A stretch of DNA of 64,000 nt from an uncultured Holophaga sp. (GTDB lineage Bacteria > Acidobacteriota > Holophagae > Holophagales > Holophagaceae). Numbering within the stretch: the first letter of the stretch is position 1; every line of letters starts with the position of its first letter. The stretch covers positions 2,720,001-2,784,000 of the forward strand of contig OY761614.1 of assembly GCA_963664825.1 (NCBI GenBank), read 5' to 3'. Positions 28,484-38,218 of the stretch are shown one piece after another. The notes under the pieces were generated by a model. That model was not told where the DNA came from. It worked only from the letters and a program-made list of their open reading frames with translations, and searched no databases. A program made the position numbers and the translations under genes.

Positions 28484-29458
28484 ATGGAATCACTGGAGCC
28501 ATCCGTGCTTTCCAAAGATCAGATGCTGGGCAAGTACCAGATCCTGGACCGTCTGGGGGCCGGGGGCTTCGGCACGGTCTATCTGGCGGAGGATAAGCTC
28601 CTGAACCGTCGCGTGGCCCTCAAGGTGCCCCATCACCAGCAGGACGAGCAGGGCATGCTCCAGGAACCCCGCATCATGGCGGGTCTCAAGCATCCCAATA
28701 TCGTCGAGCTCATCACCGTGGAGCAGAAGGGCGACACCTTCTTCATGGTGATGGAATACATCGACGGTGAAAGCCTCGACAAGTTGATCCGGAGGGAGCG
28801 CCACCTCCAGCCCGAGAGGGCGCTGGATATCTCCATCGATGTGGCCTCGGCCATTGGTTTCGCGCATTCCCACAAGGTCCTCCACCGGGACCTGAGGCCG
28901 GCCAATATCCTGCTCACCGCCGAGGGCCTGGCCAAGGTCACGGACTTCGGGACCTCCCGGCTCCTGGCGACCCAGGATCTCTTCGCGCGCACCCGCATCG
29001 GAAGCCCGCCCTACATGGCCCCCGAGCACTTCCGGGGCCGTGCGGTCTTCCAGAGCGATATCTGGAGCCTGGGTATCACGATGTACGAGATGCTCACGGG
29101 CACCGTGCCCTTCTACGATGCGGACCCGGTGAAGATCGCCCAGGCCTTCACCTCCCAGACTGTTGTGCCCCCCTATCTCCGACACCAGGGCGTGCCCAAG
29201 GCCTTTTCAGAAGTGGTGATGAAGGCGCTGGCCGTCAACCTTGGGGACCGCTACCTCTCGGCCCAGGCCCTGCTGGATGACCTCAATCGCCTAAAGTATT
29301 CCCTCACCAAGGACACCCGTCCCCTGGTGCCGGGTATGAACGCGACTGGCCCTGCGCCGCGGCCCGCCATGCCCACCCAGCCCCGGCTTTGCCGCTTCTG
29401 CTACCGGCCCCTGCCGCGCAACGCTTCCCTCTGTCCCAGTTGTAAGGAGAAGAACTGA
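28484..29458 (+). CDS. Soluble Ser/Thr kinase with C-terminal zinc ribbon
   Basis: LGAGGFGTVY, HRDLRPAN, DFG, YMAPE; ends CRFC...CPSC. Confidence 0.92.
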   Translation: MESLEPSVLSKDQMLGKYQILDRLGAGGFGTVYLAEDKLLNRRVALKVPHHQQDEQGMLQEPRIMAGLKHPNIVELITVEQKGDTFFMVMEYIDGESLDKLIRRERHLQPERALDISIDVASAIGFAHSHKVLHRDLRPANILLTAEGLAKVTDFGTSRLLATQDLFARTRIGSPPYMAPEHFRGRAVFQSDIWSLGITMYEMLTGTVPFYDADPVKIAQAFTSQTVVPPYLRHQGVPKAFSEVVMKALAVNLGDRYLSAQALLDDLNRLKYSLTKDTRPLVPGMNATGPAPRPAMPTQPRLCRFCYRPLPRNASLCPSCKEKN

Positions 29459-29459
29459 G

Positions 29460-32400
29460 ATGGAGGAGGTCCCGCGAAAAGGGCACCCGGCGCTGTGGAC
29501 CCGCCGCTGGTTCCGTCGGACCACCTATGTGCTGGTCTCCGGGGCGGTCGTACTCGGCGCCGCCGCGTGGACACTCCAGCGCCCCTTCGTCACCCGGTGG
29601 GCCATCGCCAAGCTGGACGCCAAGGTCCGGGAGAAGACCGGGCTCGGTCTCCAGATGGAGGGCCTGGAACTGCATCTCTTCCAGGGCCGAGTCGTGCTCT
29701 TCAAACCCGCCTTGGGCGGGGATCTGCTCCAGGCCGACCGGGTGGAGGTCGTGGTGGATCCGGGCCTCCTGCTGGCCGGCAAGGTCTGGATCCATCGCCT
29801 GGACGTGGATCGCCCGAGGATCCTCCTGGACGCAGCTAGGTTCGGACGCATTCATCTGAAGCCACGGCCCCCCGGGGCTCCCAAGCTGCACTGGCAGGTG
29901 GATCAGGTTTCCATCCGAGAGGCCCAGATCCTGGTGCGGGAACCGGCCTGGGGCTTGCCGACCCTCACCTCCACCTTTGCCATCCATGGCCAGGGCCATG
30001 GGATCAATCGCCTGAAGCTCTTCCTGGATACCCTGGCCCTGAAGGCCGGGGAGGGGCCCACCTCCCGGCAGGGGGGACTCGCCCTGCAGGCGGAATACAA
30101 CGATGGCGTGATCTCTCTGGCCAAGGGGGATCTGAAGCTGGGCAATAGCCGTGTAGCCTGCCAGGGGCGATGGGAGACGGCCAGCGGCAAGCTGGGATCA
30201 GCGGCCAGCGGCAAGTTGGATATGGCCCAGCTTCAGGGCCTCCTGGCTCCCCAGGCCGGTGCCCTGACCGGCACCCTGGAGTTCAAGGCCGAGACCTGGG
30301 GGCAGGCCCGCGGGCCCCAATGGAAATTCACCGTGGGCGGCCGCGAATTGGCCAGTGCGGCCCTGAAAATCCGTCCCGGGAGCCTGGAATTGACCGCCAG
30401 CGGGACGCCCAACGAGGCTCGCATCCAGCGCATGGCCTGGACCTCGCCGGAGGGGCGGCTGGAGGCCCAGGGGGCCTGGAAACGGGATGAGGGCAGCCGC
30501 CTGCAGGTCCAGGGTCGGGACGTGGCTCTGGGGCCCCTGGCCGCCCTGGTGAGGGCCGGATTTCTCCAGGAGGCCTCCGGGAGCTTCGATGGGGAGGCCT
30601 TCCTCCCCGGAAACCCCTGGTCTCCTCCGGCTCTGGACCGGGTGGAACTGAAGCTTCAGGCCAACCTTTCCCGAGAGGGCCAGGCCGCCGGGGGAGCCGC
30701 CTTGAGGCTTCAGGGCGGAGAACTGCGGGCCGAGGGGCTCACGCTCCATTTCCCCCAGTTGGACTTCCAGGGCCAAGGCAGCGCCCGCCTGGGGAAGGGC
30801 GGATTCCGGGAGCTGGCCGCGACCGGTCTGGTGGACACGGACGCCTCCACCGTCGCGGAGGTCCTGGGGGCCTGGGAGATCGGCGACAAGGAGCGGCTTC
30901 CCGCTCAAGGGGCTCAAAAGCCCAAGATCCTGGTCCATCCCTTCCAGATGGCCGGGAGGGCCCATGCCCAGGCCGAGGTCCGCTGGACTCCAGGGGAGGG
31001 GCTGAATCTTTCCGGGGAATGCGAGGTGCAGGCGCCCCGCTGGCACGGCGCCCAGGCCGATCGGCTCCACACCCGGGTCGGCATCCGGGGCACCGAGCTC
31101 AGTCTGACCAATATCGAGCTCTTCAAGGGGGAAGGGCGCGGCTGGGGTGAACTCTGGCTCACCTGGGCCGACCTTCCGCCGGGGCGGGAGGCCATCGATA
31201 TGTGCTACCGGGCCTCCCGCCTGCCCGTGGAAGAAGGCCTGAAGGCTGCCGATCTGGACCTGCAAAAGATCCGCATCCGCGGCACGGGCAGCGGCTGGGT
31301 GCGCCTCCACGGACCCTACGACCGGATCCTCATGGAGGGCGGGGCCCAGGCCGAAGCTGCCGAAGTGTACGGCCTGAAGATCCCGGCCCTCAGTGGGGAT
31401 TTCGGCATGGATATCCAGCGGGACCAGCTCCAGGTGCGGGATCTGCGCATCGGCGAGAGCCTGGCCGTCCTGGGTCAAGGGGAGGATGCCCCGGCGGGGC
31501 TCCTGGCTCTGCAGGGCGGAATGGACATGGATCTGGGGCGACGGACCTGGCAGGTCTCCCTGAAGGGGGATCTGGATTCCGAGCCCCTGGGCATTCCGGG
31601 CCCCCGGTTCCAGGCCCGGGTGGAAGCCAGCCTGGAGGGCCCCTGGGTCCGGCCCCTGGGGCCCACCCAGCTTCCCCTGGGCCAGGCCAGCTTCCGGGGG
31701 GGGCGGATCTTCCTGGGCAATCAGAGCCTGGAGGGCCTGGAGGGCTCCCTGGAAAATGGGGAGGACGGCCTTGGCCTGCGGCTGGGGATGCTGGGCATGG
31801 CGCAGCCTTTCCTCACCTTCCAGGGCTGGGATACGCCCCCGGGAATGGTCGGCGCCCTGGAACTTCGGGTGGGGCCCGAAACCGCCGATACCAGCCAGCT
31901 GGCCACCCGCCTTAGCCGGGATCTCCTGCAGGATCTCCACATGGAGGCCTCCGCCGAGGGGCTCTGGAACGCCGAAGGCCTTCGTTGGAAGGGGCGCCTC
32001 AACCAGTTGGTGGGCACCTTCGATGGCTTCGAACTCTCCCAGGAACGGCCCACGGCCCTGCAGGGGGATGCCACGGGAGCCACGGTGGATCTCCGGCTGC
32101 AGGGCCGCTCCCAGACCACCTCCATCGCCTCCTTCCGCGCCTCTGGCCGGGTTCCCTTCAAGGGGGATGTGCCCCTGGGCCTGAGGCTCGAGGGCTCCGC
32201 GGAGCTGGCCAACCTGAAGCCCATCGCCGACCGGCTCATGGAACTGGATTCCTACAGCCTGTTGGGGGATCTGGATGCCCGGGGCGCGGCGAGCTTCGAG
32301 CTCTCCCTGGGGGGGCCCTACCGGGAGCCGACCCTGGATGGGACCCTCGGCGTCCTCGGCGGCAGCCTTCAGATGCGGGGCTATCCCCAGAGTGTGGAAG

Positions 32401-33569
32401 ACCTCGATTTCTCCCTGCGCTTCAAGGGCCACGAGATCGAGATCCCCAAGGATGATCCGGCCCGGGGCCTGATGGCTCAAGGGGCTCTGAGCTTCTGGGG
32501 CAAGGCGAATTGGGGCTTCGGCGGCTTCGGCAGCTACAACCTGGAGGCCCGGCTGGAGGAATTCGAATTCAGGGATATTCCCGAAGGCTTCGAACTCCAG
32601 GGGGATCTCCAGGCGAGCCTGAAGGGCAGTGATGTGGGTGGCGGCAAGCTCACAGGCAAGCTCCAGGCCAACCAGATGCTCTACCACGCCGATATCAATC
32701 TGACCGACCTCCTCCTCTCCAATGCCCTGGGGGGCCTCTCTGGGTCCTCCGGCCTGGATCCCGACGACCCCATGGCGCGCATCAAGCTGGATGTGGAACT
32801 CCAGTTGGCGGAGCCCTGGACCTTCGATACGAACCTTTTGAAGCTCCAGGGGCGGCCCGTGCCCGGGAGCAGCTTCAAGGTGAAGGGTAGCCTTGCGAAA
32901 CCGACCCTCCAGGGGAAGATGGACTTCCTGCCGGGAGGCCGGGTCACCAACCTGCTGCCCGCTGGAGACATCGTGGTGGAGCGGGGTTCGGTCACCTTCA
33001 GCGATCTGGCCCAGAGTTCCCTCCCTCAGCTCGATATCCTGGGGAGGGTGGACGTGTCGCCCTATGTGGTGAATCTCCAGATCCGGGGCAGCCTGGATAG
33101 GCTGGAGATGAACCCCACCTCCACCCCCTCCCTGCGCAAGGATGAGATCACGGCCATCCTCATCGATCCATCCCTGGCTTCGACCATCGGTTCCACCTCC
33201 AACGCCTCCAGCGCGATCTCCTCGGGCCTGGCCAAGACCAGCAGCGGGCTGCTGACCAGCCTCGCCCTGGCCGATCTCCAGGAGCGCTTCCGACGGATCT
33301 TCAAGCTGGATCGGATGAACGTAGCTTGGCGGGCGGGCAGTTCCGGGACTTCCGAGAGCACCATCACCGGAGGCTATACCTTCAAATTCCCTGGCTGGCA
33401 GCTGCCCCTGGTGGTCACCCAGCGGAAGGCCAGTGAAGTGACGACCCTCAGCGGCCAGTTCGAATGGCGCCTGGGGAATTTCGTCCTCCAAATGGGCGCC
33501 AGCCGCCAATCGGGCTCCACGGGCCTGAATCCGGCCTTCGAGTTCCGCCATACCTGGAGTCCCCAGTGA
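29460..33569 (+). CDS. TamB/AsmA-family translocation and assembly module protein
   Basis: 1369 aa; N-terminal TM anchor, glycine-rich beta-taco repeats and a DUF490-like C-terminus. Confidence 0.8.
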   Translation: MEEVPRKGHPALWTRRWFRRTTYVLVSGAVVLGAAAWTLQRPFVTRWAIAKLDAKVREKTGLGLQMEGLELHLFQGRVVLFKPALGGDLLQADRVEVVVDPGLLLAGKVWIHRLDVDRPRILLDAARFGRIHLKPRPPGAPKLHWQVDQVSIREAQILVREPAWGLPTLTSTFAIHGQGHGINRLKLFLDTLALKAGEGPTSRQGGLALQAEYNDGVISLAKGDLKLGNSRVACQGRWETASGKLGSAASGKLDMAQLQGLLAPQAGALTGTLEFKAETWGQARGPQWKFTVGGRELASAALKIRPGSLELTASGTPNEARIQRMAWTSPEGRLEAQGAWKRDEGSRLQVQGRDVALGPLAALVRAGFLQEASGSFDGEAFLPGNPWSPPALDRVELKLQANLSREGQAAGGAALRLQGGELRAEGLTLHFPQLDFQGQGSARLGKGGFRELAATGLVDTDASTVAEVLGAWEIGDKERLPAQGAQKPKILVHPFQMAGRAHAQAEVRWTPGEGLNLSGECEVQAPRWHGAQADRLHTRVGIRGTELSLTNIELFKGEGRGWGELWLTWADLPPGREAIDMCYRASRLPVEEGLKAADLDLQKIRIRGTGSGWVRLHGPYDRILMEGGAQAEAAEVYGLKIPALSGDFGMDIQRDQLQVRDLRIGESLAVLGQGEDAPAGLLALQGGMDMDLGRRTWQVSLKGDLDSEPLGIPGPRFQARVEASLEGPWVRPLGPTQLPLGQASFRGGRIFLGNQSLEGLEGSLENGEDGLGLRLGMLGMAQPFLTFQGWDTPPGMVGALELRVGPETADTSQLATRLSRDLLQDLHMEASAEGLWNAEGLRWKGRLNQLVGTFDGFELSQERPTALQGDATGATVDLRLQGRSQTTSIASFRASGRVPFKGDVPLGLRLEGSAELANLKPIADRLMELDSYSLLGDLDARGAASFELSLGGPYREPTLDGTLGVLGGSLQMRGYPQSVEDLDFSLRFKGHEIEIPKDDPARGLMAQGALSFWGKANWGFGGFGSYNLEARLEEFEFRDIPEGFELQGDLQASLKGSDVGGGKLTGKLQANQMLYHADINLTDLLLSNALGGLSGSSGLDPDDPMARIKLDVELQLAEPWTFDTNLLKLQGRPVPGSSFKVKGSLAKPTLQGKMDFLPGGRVTNLLPAGDIVVERGSVTFSDLAQSSLPQLDILGRVDVSPYVVNLQIRGSLDRLEMNPTSTPSLRKDEITAILIDPSLASTIGSTSNASSAISSGLAKTSSGLLTSLALADLQERFRRIFKLDRMNVAWRAGSSGTSESTITGGYTFKFPGWQLPLVVTQRKASEVTTLSGQFEWRLGNFVLQMGASRQSGSTGLNPAFEFRHTWSPQ

Positions 33570-33796
33570 GCGTCCGCCTCCGTGCCTTCGCCCGCTATCG
33601 CGATCTGCTGGGCTTCGAGAGCCTCGAACTGGCCCTGCCGGAGCCGCCGACCCTGGATAGGCTCTTGGCAGACCCGCGCCTGGTGGCCCTCCCCCGGGAG
33701 GCCCTGCTGGCCGTGAACCAGGCCTTCGCCACCCGCCAAAGCCCCCTGGCCGAAGGTGACGAGGTGGCCCTTATGCCCCCTGTGAGCGGCGGCTGA
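33566..33796 (+). CDS. moaD: MoaD/ThiS sulfur carrier
   Basis: FARYRD, LAVNQ, GDEVALMPPVSGG with C-terminal GG; GTGA overlap with the upstream stop. Confidence 0.88.
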   Translation: MSVRLRAFARYRDLLGFESLELALPEPPTLDRLLADPRLVALPREALLAVNQAFATRQSPLAEGDEVALMPPVSGG

Positions 33797-33838
33797 ACTC
33801 TGGGAATGGCTTTCAGCCAATGTTTCACGCCCTTGGCT

Positions 33839-34222
33839 TCAGTCCTTATCCCCAGAGGGATGGCTGCTGAGTTTGAAGTAGCCATCCCTTCGCATGGGGC
33901 GGATCTCCACCGTGAGATCGCAGCGCTGGGCCTCCAGGGACAGGGCGTAGAACTCCTGCATCAGTTCCAGGCAGGCCTCGCCAAGGGCCTGGAGGGCTTC
34001 CGGGTCCCGGCCCTCCAGGACGAGGATCGTGAGATGGGCGAAAGCGTTCCGCGGGTCCCCGTCGCCCACGCGGAAGTGTTCGCAGCCGATGGCGCGGCTC
34101 TTGATGTCATCCAGGCGGCACTTCCCGGTCTCCGCCAGCAATTGGTGGAGCCGGGCGAACATGTGCGGGAAATCGGCGTCGTCCAGGATATTGGCGGAGT
34201 ATTCCAGGATTGCATGGGGCAC
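33839..34222 (-). CDS. 5-carboxymethyl-2-hydroxymuconate isomerase (tautomerase) family
   Basis: N-terminal PH..LEYSAN, IKSRA, FAH...LEGR. Confidence 0.85.
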   Translation of the reverse strand: MPHAILEYSANILDDADFPHMFARLHQLLAETGKCRLDDIKSRAIGCEHFRVGDGDPRNAFAHLTILVLEGRDPEALQALGEACLELMQEFYALSLEAQRCDLTVEIRPMRRDGYFKLSSHPSGDKD

Positions 34223-34245
34223 GGGGTCCCCTCCTTCAGCGCCTT

Positions 34246-34712
34246 TCAGCCCTCGGGCGCGGTCATGCGGTTGCGGTAGTGCTCGTAGTCCGGAAGAAGG
34301 CGCTCGTAGGTCTCGTCCATGAGGGGGCTCGATATCAAGAAATCTGCCGAAGCCCAGTTGCAGGCCACGGGGATGTTCCAGACCACGGCCAGGCGTAGGA
34401 GCGCCTTCACATCGGGATCGTGGGGGGCGGGTTCCAGGGGATCCCAGAAAAACACCACGAAGTCGATGACCCCTTCGGCGATCTTGGCGCCGATCTGCTG
34501 ATCCCCCCCAGGGGGCCGCTCTGGAATTTCGTCACCGGGATGCCCAGCAGTTTCTCCACCATGCGGCCCGTCGTGCCCGTGGCGTAGAGCTCGTGCTTGC
34601 AGAGGAGCCCCTTGTTGAATTCGATCCACTCCAGGAGATCCCGCTTCTTGTGGTCGTGGGCCACCAGGGCGATCTTCTTGCGGGGCTGCATGGTGATGGA
34701 TGGCCGTGTCAT
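34246..34712 (-). pseudogene. mgsA: Methylglyoxal synthase split by a -1 frameshift in a G7 run
   Basis: IALVAHD...ATGTTG...SGPLGG is in one frame and DQQIGA...[14 protein letters not shown] is in another. The C7 run at 34503-34509 needs C8 to join them. Confidence 0.9.
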
Positions 34713-34776
34713 GAAACCCCCTGAGGCCCGTGCCGGGTCCCTCCCAGTCTATCCCTCCAGGCCCTGAAAGCCCGTA

Positions 34777-35337
34777 TCAGCCTTCGGGTTCGACCTCGGG
34801 CAGGGAGGACCAGGCCGAGAAGCGCTGGAAGAGGCGGGTCCCCCCCGCCAGGAGGAGGCCCGGTCCACCGATCCAGAGCGCTTCGCCCAGCAGGGCCCCC
34901 AGGAAGGGCAGCCTCAGACCCGGCCAGAAGGGCAGGGGGGCGTCCCTGAAGGGTTGCCAATAGCAGCCCCAGCGGCTGGTGGAGAAGGGGTAGAAGAAGG
35001 CCACTCCCACCGGGCCCGAGGTGCAGGCATCCAGCATTCCATGGGAGAGGGAGGCCAGGAGCAGGTAGGCCCCGATCCTCGGATTGCGCTGTTCCTGCTT
35101 GAGCCCGAGCACATAGACGGCGAGGGCCAGCAGCACGGCTCCCAGCAGGGAATGGGTGATCCCGCGGTGGGCCAGAAAATTGCCGGGGTGCACCCGCAGG
35201 AAGGCCGTGAACCAGTCCAGGTCGGGCGCCGTGGCGCAGAGGGCCCCCAGGATCCAGGTCCGGCGCGGGGTTCTTTCGTCCGTGAAAGCGGCGCCCAGGG
35301 CGATACCGGCGGCCGCGTGGCCGAAAAAGGAGGGCAA
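34777..35337 (-). CDS. YdjM-like membrane-bound metal-dependent hydrolase
   Basis: GH, PDLD, HRGITHSL, SHGMLD, GVAFFYPF. Confidence 0.88.
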   Translation of the reverse strand: MPSFFGHAAAGIALGAAFTDERTPRRTWILGALCATAPDLDWFTAFLRVHPGNFLAHRGITHSLLGAVLLALAVYVLGLKQEQRNPRIGAYLLLASLSHGMLDACTSGPVGVAFFYPFSTSRWGCYWQPFRDAPLPFWPGLRLPFLGALLGEALWIGGPGLLLAGGTRLFQRFSAWSSLPEVEPEG

Positions 35338-35346
35338 GGGTGGCTC

Positions 35347-36639
35347 CTAGCGCCGGGGCGCCGGTTCCTGGAGATTGGCCAGGAATTCGTCGTTGGTCTT
35401 GGTCTTGGCCAGGCGATCGAGCAGCAGTTCCATGCTCTCCACGGGGCCGGAACCGGCCAGCACCTTGCGCAGCACCCAGATCTTCTGGAGCCTGGGCGCA
35501 TCGATGAGGAGATCCTCCTTGCGGGTGCCGCTCTTGAAGATATCCATCGAAGGGAAGATGCGCTTGTCGCTGAGCTTGCGGTCCAGCACGATCTCGCAGT
35601 TGCCGGTGCCCTTGAATTCCTCGAAGATTACGTCATCCATGCGCGATCCGGTCTCGATGAGGGCGGTGGCCACGATGGTGAGGCTACCCCCACCTTCGAT
35701 ATTGCGGGCCGCGCCGAAGAAGCGCTTGGGCCGCTGGAGGGCGTTGGAATCCACGCCGCCGCTGAGCACCTTGCCGGAGGGCGGCACCACGGTGTTGTAA
35801 GCCCGAGCCAGGCGGGTGATGGAATCCAGCAGGATCACCACGTCCTTCTTGTGCTCGACGAGGCGCTTGGCCTTTTCGATGACCATCTCGGCCACCTGGA
35901 CGTGGCGGGTGGCGGGCTCGTCGAAGGTGCTGGAAATCACCTCACCCTTCACATGGCGCTCCATGTCGGTGACTTCCTCGGGGCGCTCGTCGATGAGCAG
36001 CACGATGAGGAAGACTTCCGGATGGTTGGCTGTGATGGAATTGGCGATGTTCTGGAGGAGCACCGTCTTGCCTGTGCGGGGCGGGGCCACGATGAGGGCG
36101 CGCTGGCCCTTGCCCAGGGGCGTCATCAGGTCCATGACCCGGGTGGAATGTTCCTGGGCGTCCCGCTCCATCTTCAGGTGCTGGGTGGGGTAGAGGGGCA
36201 CCAGGTTATCGAAGTGGATGCGCTCCTTGACCGAATGGGGGGGATCGAAATTGATGGCGTCGATGCGGAGCAGGGCGAAGAATTTCTCCTCCCCCTTGGG
36301 GGGGCGCACCATGCCGGAGATGGTGTCCCCGCTGCGCAGCCCGAACTTGCGGATCTGGCTGGGGGAGACGTAGATGTCGTCCACACCGGCCAGGTAGTTG
36401 AAATCCGGGGCCCGGAGGAAGCCGAAACCCTCGGGGAGGACCTCCAGCACGCCCTCGGCGAAGAACATGCCCTCCTGAGTGGCCTGGGCCTCCAGCAGTC
36501 GGAAGATGAGTTCCTGCTTCCTCAATGACAGAGGGCTTTGGATCCCGTAGGCCTTGGCCATCTCAGCGAGGCGGCCGATGGATTGCTCCTTCAGCTCCTG
36601 CAGATTGAGAACAGTGGGAACGGTGGTTTCATTTGGCAT
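35347..36639 (-). CDS. rho: Transcription termination factor Rho
   Basis: [44 protein letters not shown]. Confidence 0.98.
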   Translation of the reverse strand: MPNETTVPTVLNLQELKEQSIGRLAEMAKAYGIQSPLSLRKQELIFRLLEAQATQEGMFFAEGVLEVLPEGFGFLRAPDFNYLAGVDDIYVSPSQIRKFGLRSGDTISGMVRPPKGEEKFFALLRIDAINFDPPHSVKERIHFDNLVPLYPTQHLKMERDAQEHSTRVMDLMTPLGKGQRALIVAPPRTGKTVLLQNIANSITANHPEVFLIVLLIDERPEEVTDMERHVKGEVISSTFDEPATRHVQVAEMVIEKAKRLVEHKKDVVILLDSITRLARAYNTVVPPSGKVLSGGVDSNALQRPKRFFGAARNIEGGGSLTIVATALIETGSRMDDVIFEEFKGTGNCEIVLDRKLSDKRIFPSMDIFKSGTRKEDLLIDAPRLQKIWVLRKVLAGSGPVESMELLLDRLAKTKTNDEFLANLQEPAPRR

Positions 36640-36718
36640 AAAGAACTCCCCTTCCAGGGGGAACAATCAAGTCGAGCTTGGTTTTGGAGAGATTCAAGTA
36701 TGCGGCAAGAGCCGGATT

Positions 36719-37594
36719 TCAGCCACGGGTTAAGGGAATATTGGCCAGACCGTCAATAAACTCGGAGACTCGCTTGGTGAAATCCTTGGGGGCTTCCACC
36801 GGGAACGAGTGCCCGATGCCTAGCACCACCTCGAAGCGGCTTTGGGGCACCAGGCGCGCCGTCTCCAGGCACTTCCAAGGGGGCGTCAGCAGGTCCTCGG
36901 CTCCCGCCAGGAAGAGCACGGGATCCTTCAGGGCCCCCAGGCGGTCCCGGATATCCCATTCCAGGAGGCCCTCCATCTGGCGCGTACTGGCCGCAGCGTC
37001 CACGCCCTGGGAGGAACGGAGGTCCCCCCGCCCGGAGGTGATGGCCTGGTGGTAGGCCCGCAGGACTCCGTGGCGCTGGGCCAGGAATCGGTCCCCCCAG
37101 AGGTAGGGCGCCACCGCGTCGAATTGCATGAGGGGGCCGCCGACGTGGAGGCATTCGATCCAGTGGAGGATCCTCAGCCGGGTGGAGAAATCCACCCAGG
37201 GCGCGCTGCTGGTGAGGATGGCCCCGGCGAAGGCTCCGGGATGGGCCACCAGGAGTTCCAGGGAGATGTTCGACCCGTTCGAAAGCCCCAGGAGCCAGGG
37301 CCTCTGGATGCCCAGGTGGCCCAGCAAGGCCCATCCATCCTCCGCCAGGATTTGGGGGGTATAGGCCCCCTCGGGCGCATCCGAATGCCCCTGGCCTCGG
37401 CCATCGAAGGTGAGCACATGGAAGCGCGGCACTAGCCCGGGCAGGACGCCCGCCCACATGGTGGTATCCGAAAGCAGCCCATTGACCAGGACGATCCAGG
37501 GCCCCTGGGGGTTGCCCTGAATGCGGTAGTGGAGCCTGATGCCAGAGGGGAGCGTGGCGAAGCGGCGCTCGGATTTCCGGGTAGGCTCTCCCAT
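36719..37594 (-). CDS. Alpha/beta hydrolase (enol-lactonase-like)
   Basis: DGRGQGHS, GLSNG nucleophile elbow, GAED, GH. Confidence 0.88.
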   Translation of the reverse strand: MGEPTRKSERRFATLPSGIRLHYRIQGNPQGPWIVLVNGLLSDTTMWAGVLPGLVPRFHVLTFDGRGQGHSDAPEGAYTPQILAEDGWALLGHLGIQRPWLLGLSNGSNISLELLVAHPGAFAGAILTSSAPWVDFSTRLRILHWIECLHVGGPLMQFDAVAPYLWGDRFLAQRHGVLRAYHQAITSGRGDLRSSQGVDAAASTRQMEGLLEWDIRDRLGALKDPVLFLAGAEDLLTPPWKCLETARLVPQSRFEVVLGIGHSFPVEAPKDFTKRVSEFIDGLANIPLTRG

Positions 37595-38076
37595 CACAAG
37601 CCCTCCCATCGTTCCGCGGCCTTGAGGTGGGCGGCTAGGCTGAAACGCCCGCCCTCGAAGTGGAGTACGGCGCAGGCGGCATTGGGGAAGGCCACCTCCT
37701 GCCCCGTGAGGTGCAGGATCAGGTCCGAGCAGAAGGGCTGATGGCTCACCAGAGCGAGGGTCAGGGTCGAGGCCTCGGAACAGGCTCCGCGCAGCCAGTC
37801 CTCGGCTTGGCTCGGATGGCCCTGGGGCAGGAGGCCCTCCCATGAATCCACGGGGAAGCCCACCTGGGCGGCCTCCTGGAGGCATTGCAGGGTTTCCACC
37901 GCGCGCCGGTAGGGGCTGCTCACGGCCCGGGTGGGCACATAGCCCCGGGCCACCAGACCCTTCATGGCGGCGCGGGTTCTCTTCCAGCCCTGGGTCGTCA
38001 AGGAACGCTCCTCATCGCATAGCCCTCTCCTAGGGTCTTCGGCGAGGCCGTGGCGGATCAAGAGAATGGTGATCAT
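37594..38076 (-). CDS. sixA: SixA-type phosphohistidine phosphatase
   Basis: LIRHG, RSLT..G, SSPYRRAVET, VSHQP. Confidence 0.85.
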   Translation of the reverse strand: MITILLIRHGLAEDPRRGLCDEERSLTTQGWKRTRAAMKGLVARGYVPTRAVSSPYRRAVETLQCLQEAAQVGFPVDSWEGLLPQGHPSQAEDWLRGACSEASTLTLALVSHQPFCSDLILHLTGQEVAFPNAACAVLHFEGGRFSLAAHLKAAERWEGL

Positions 38077-38218
38077 GGAGGACCATTGTAAACGGAAGCG
38101 TCCCCTGGGGTTTTATTCCTGGTGGAGGATGGGCTTTCATGGGATACTTCAAGATTGGGCCAGGACCGGAGGGCGTCTTTCTGCCATTCACAACCCGGCG
38201 AACGCCCGGGAGAAATTC

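Noticed and set aside
30198..33551. Very long antisense ORFs (also 10458-12284, 13975-15837, 25801-27615, 38243-39871, 41410-43431, 48012-49973)
   Set aside because: They are shadow frames of well-supported genes in high-GC DNA and carry no recognisable motifs.
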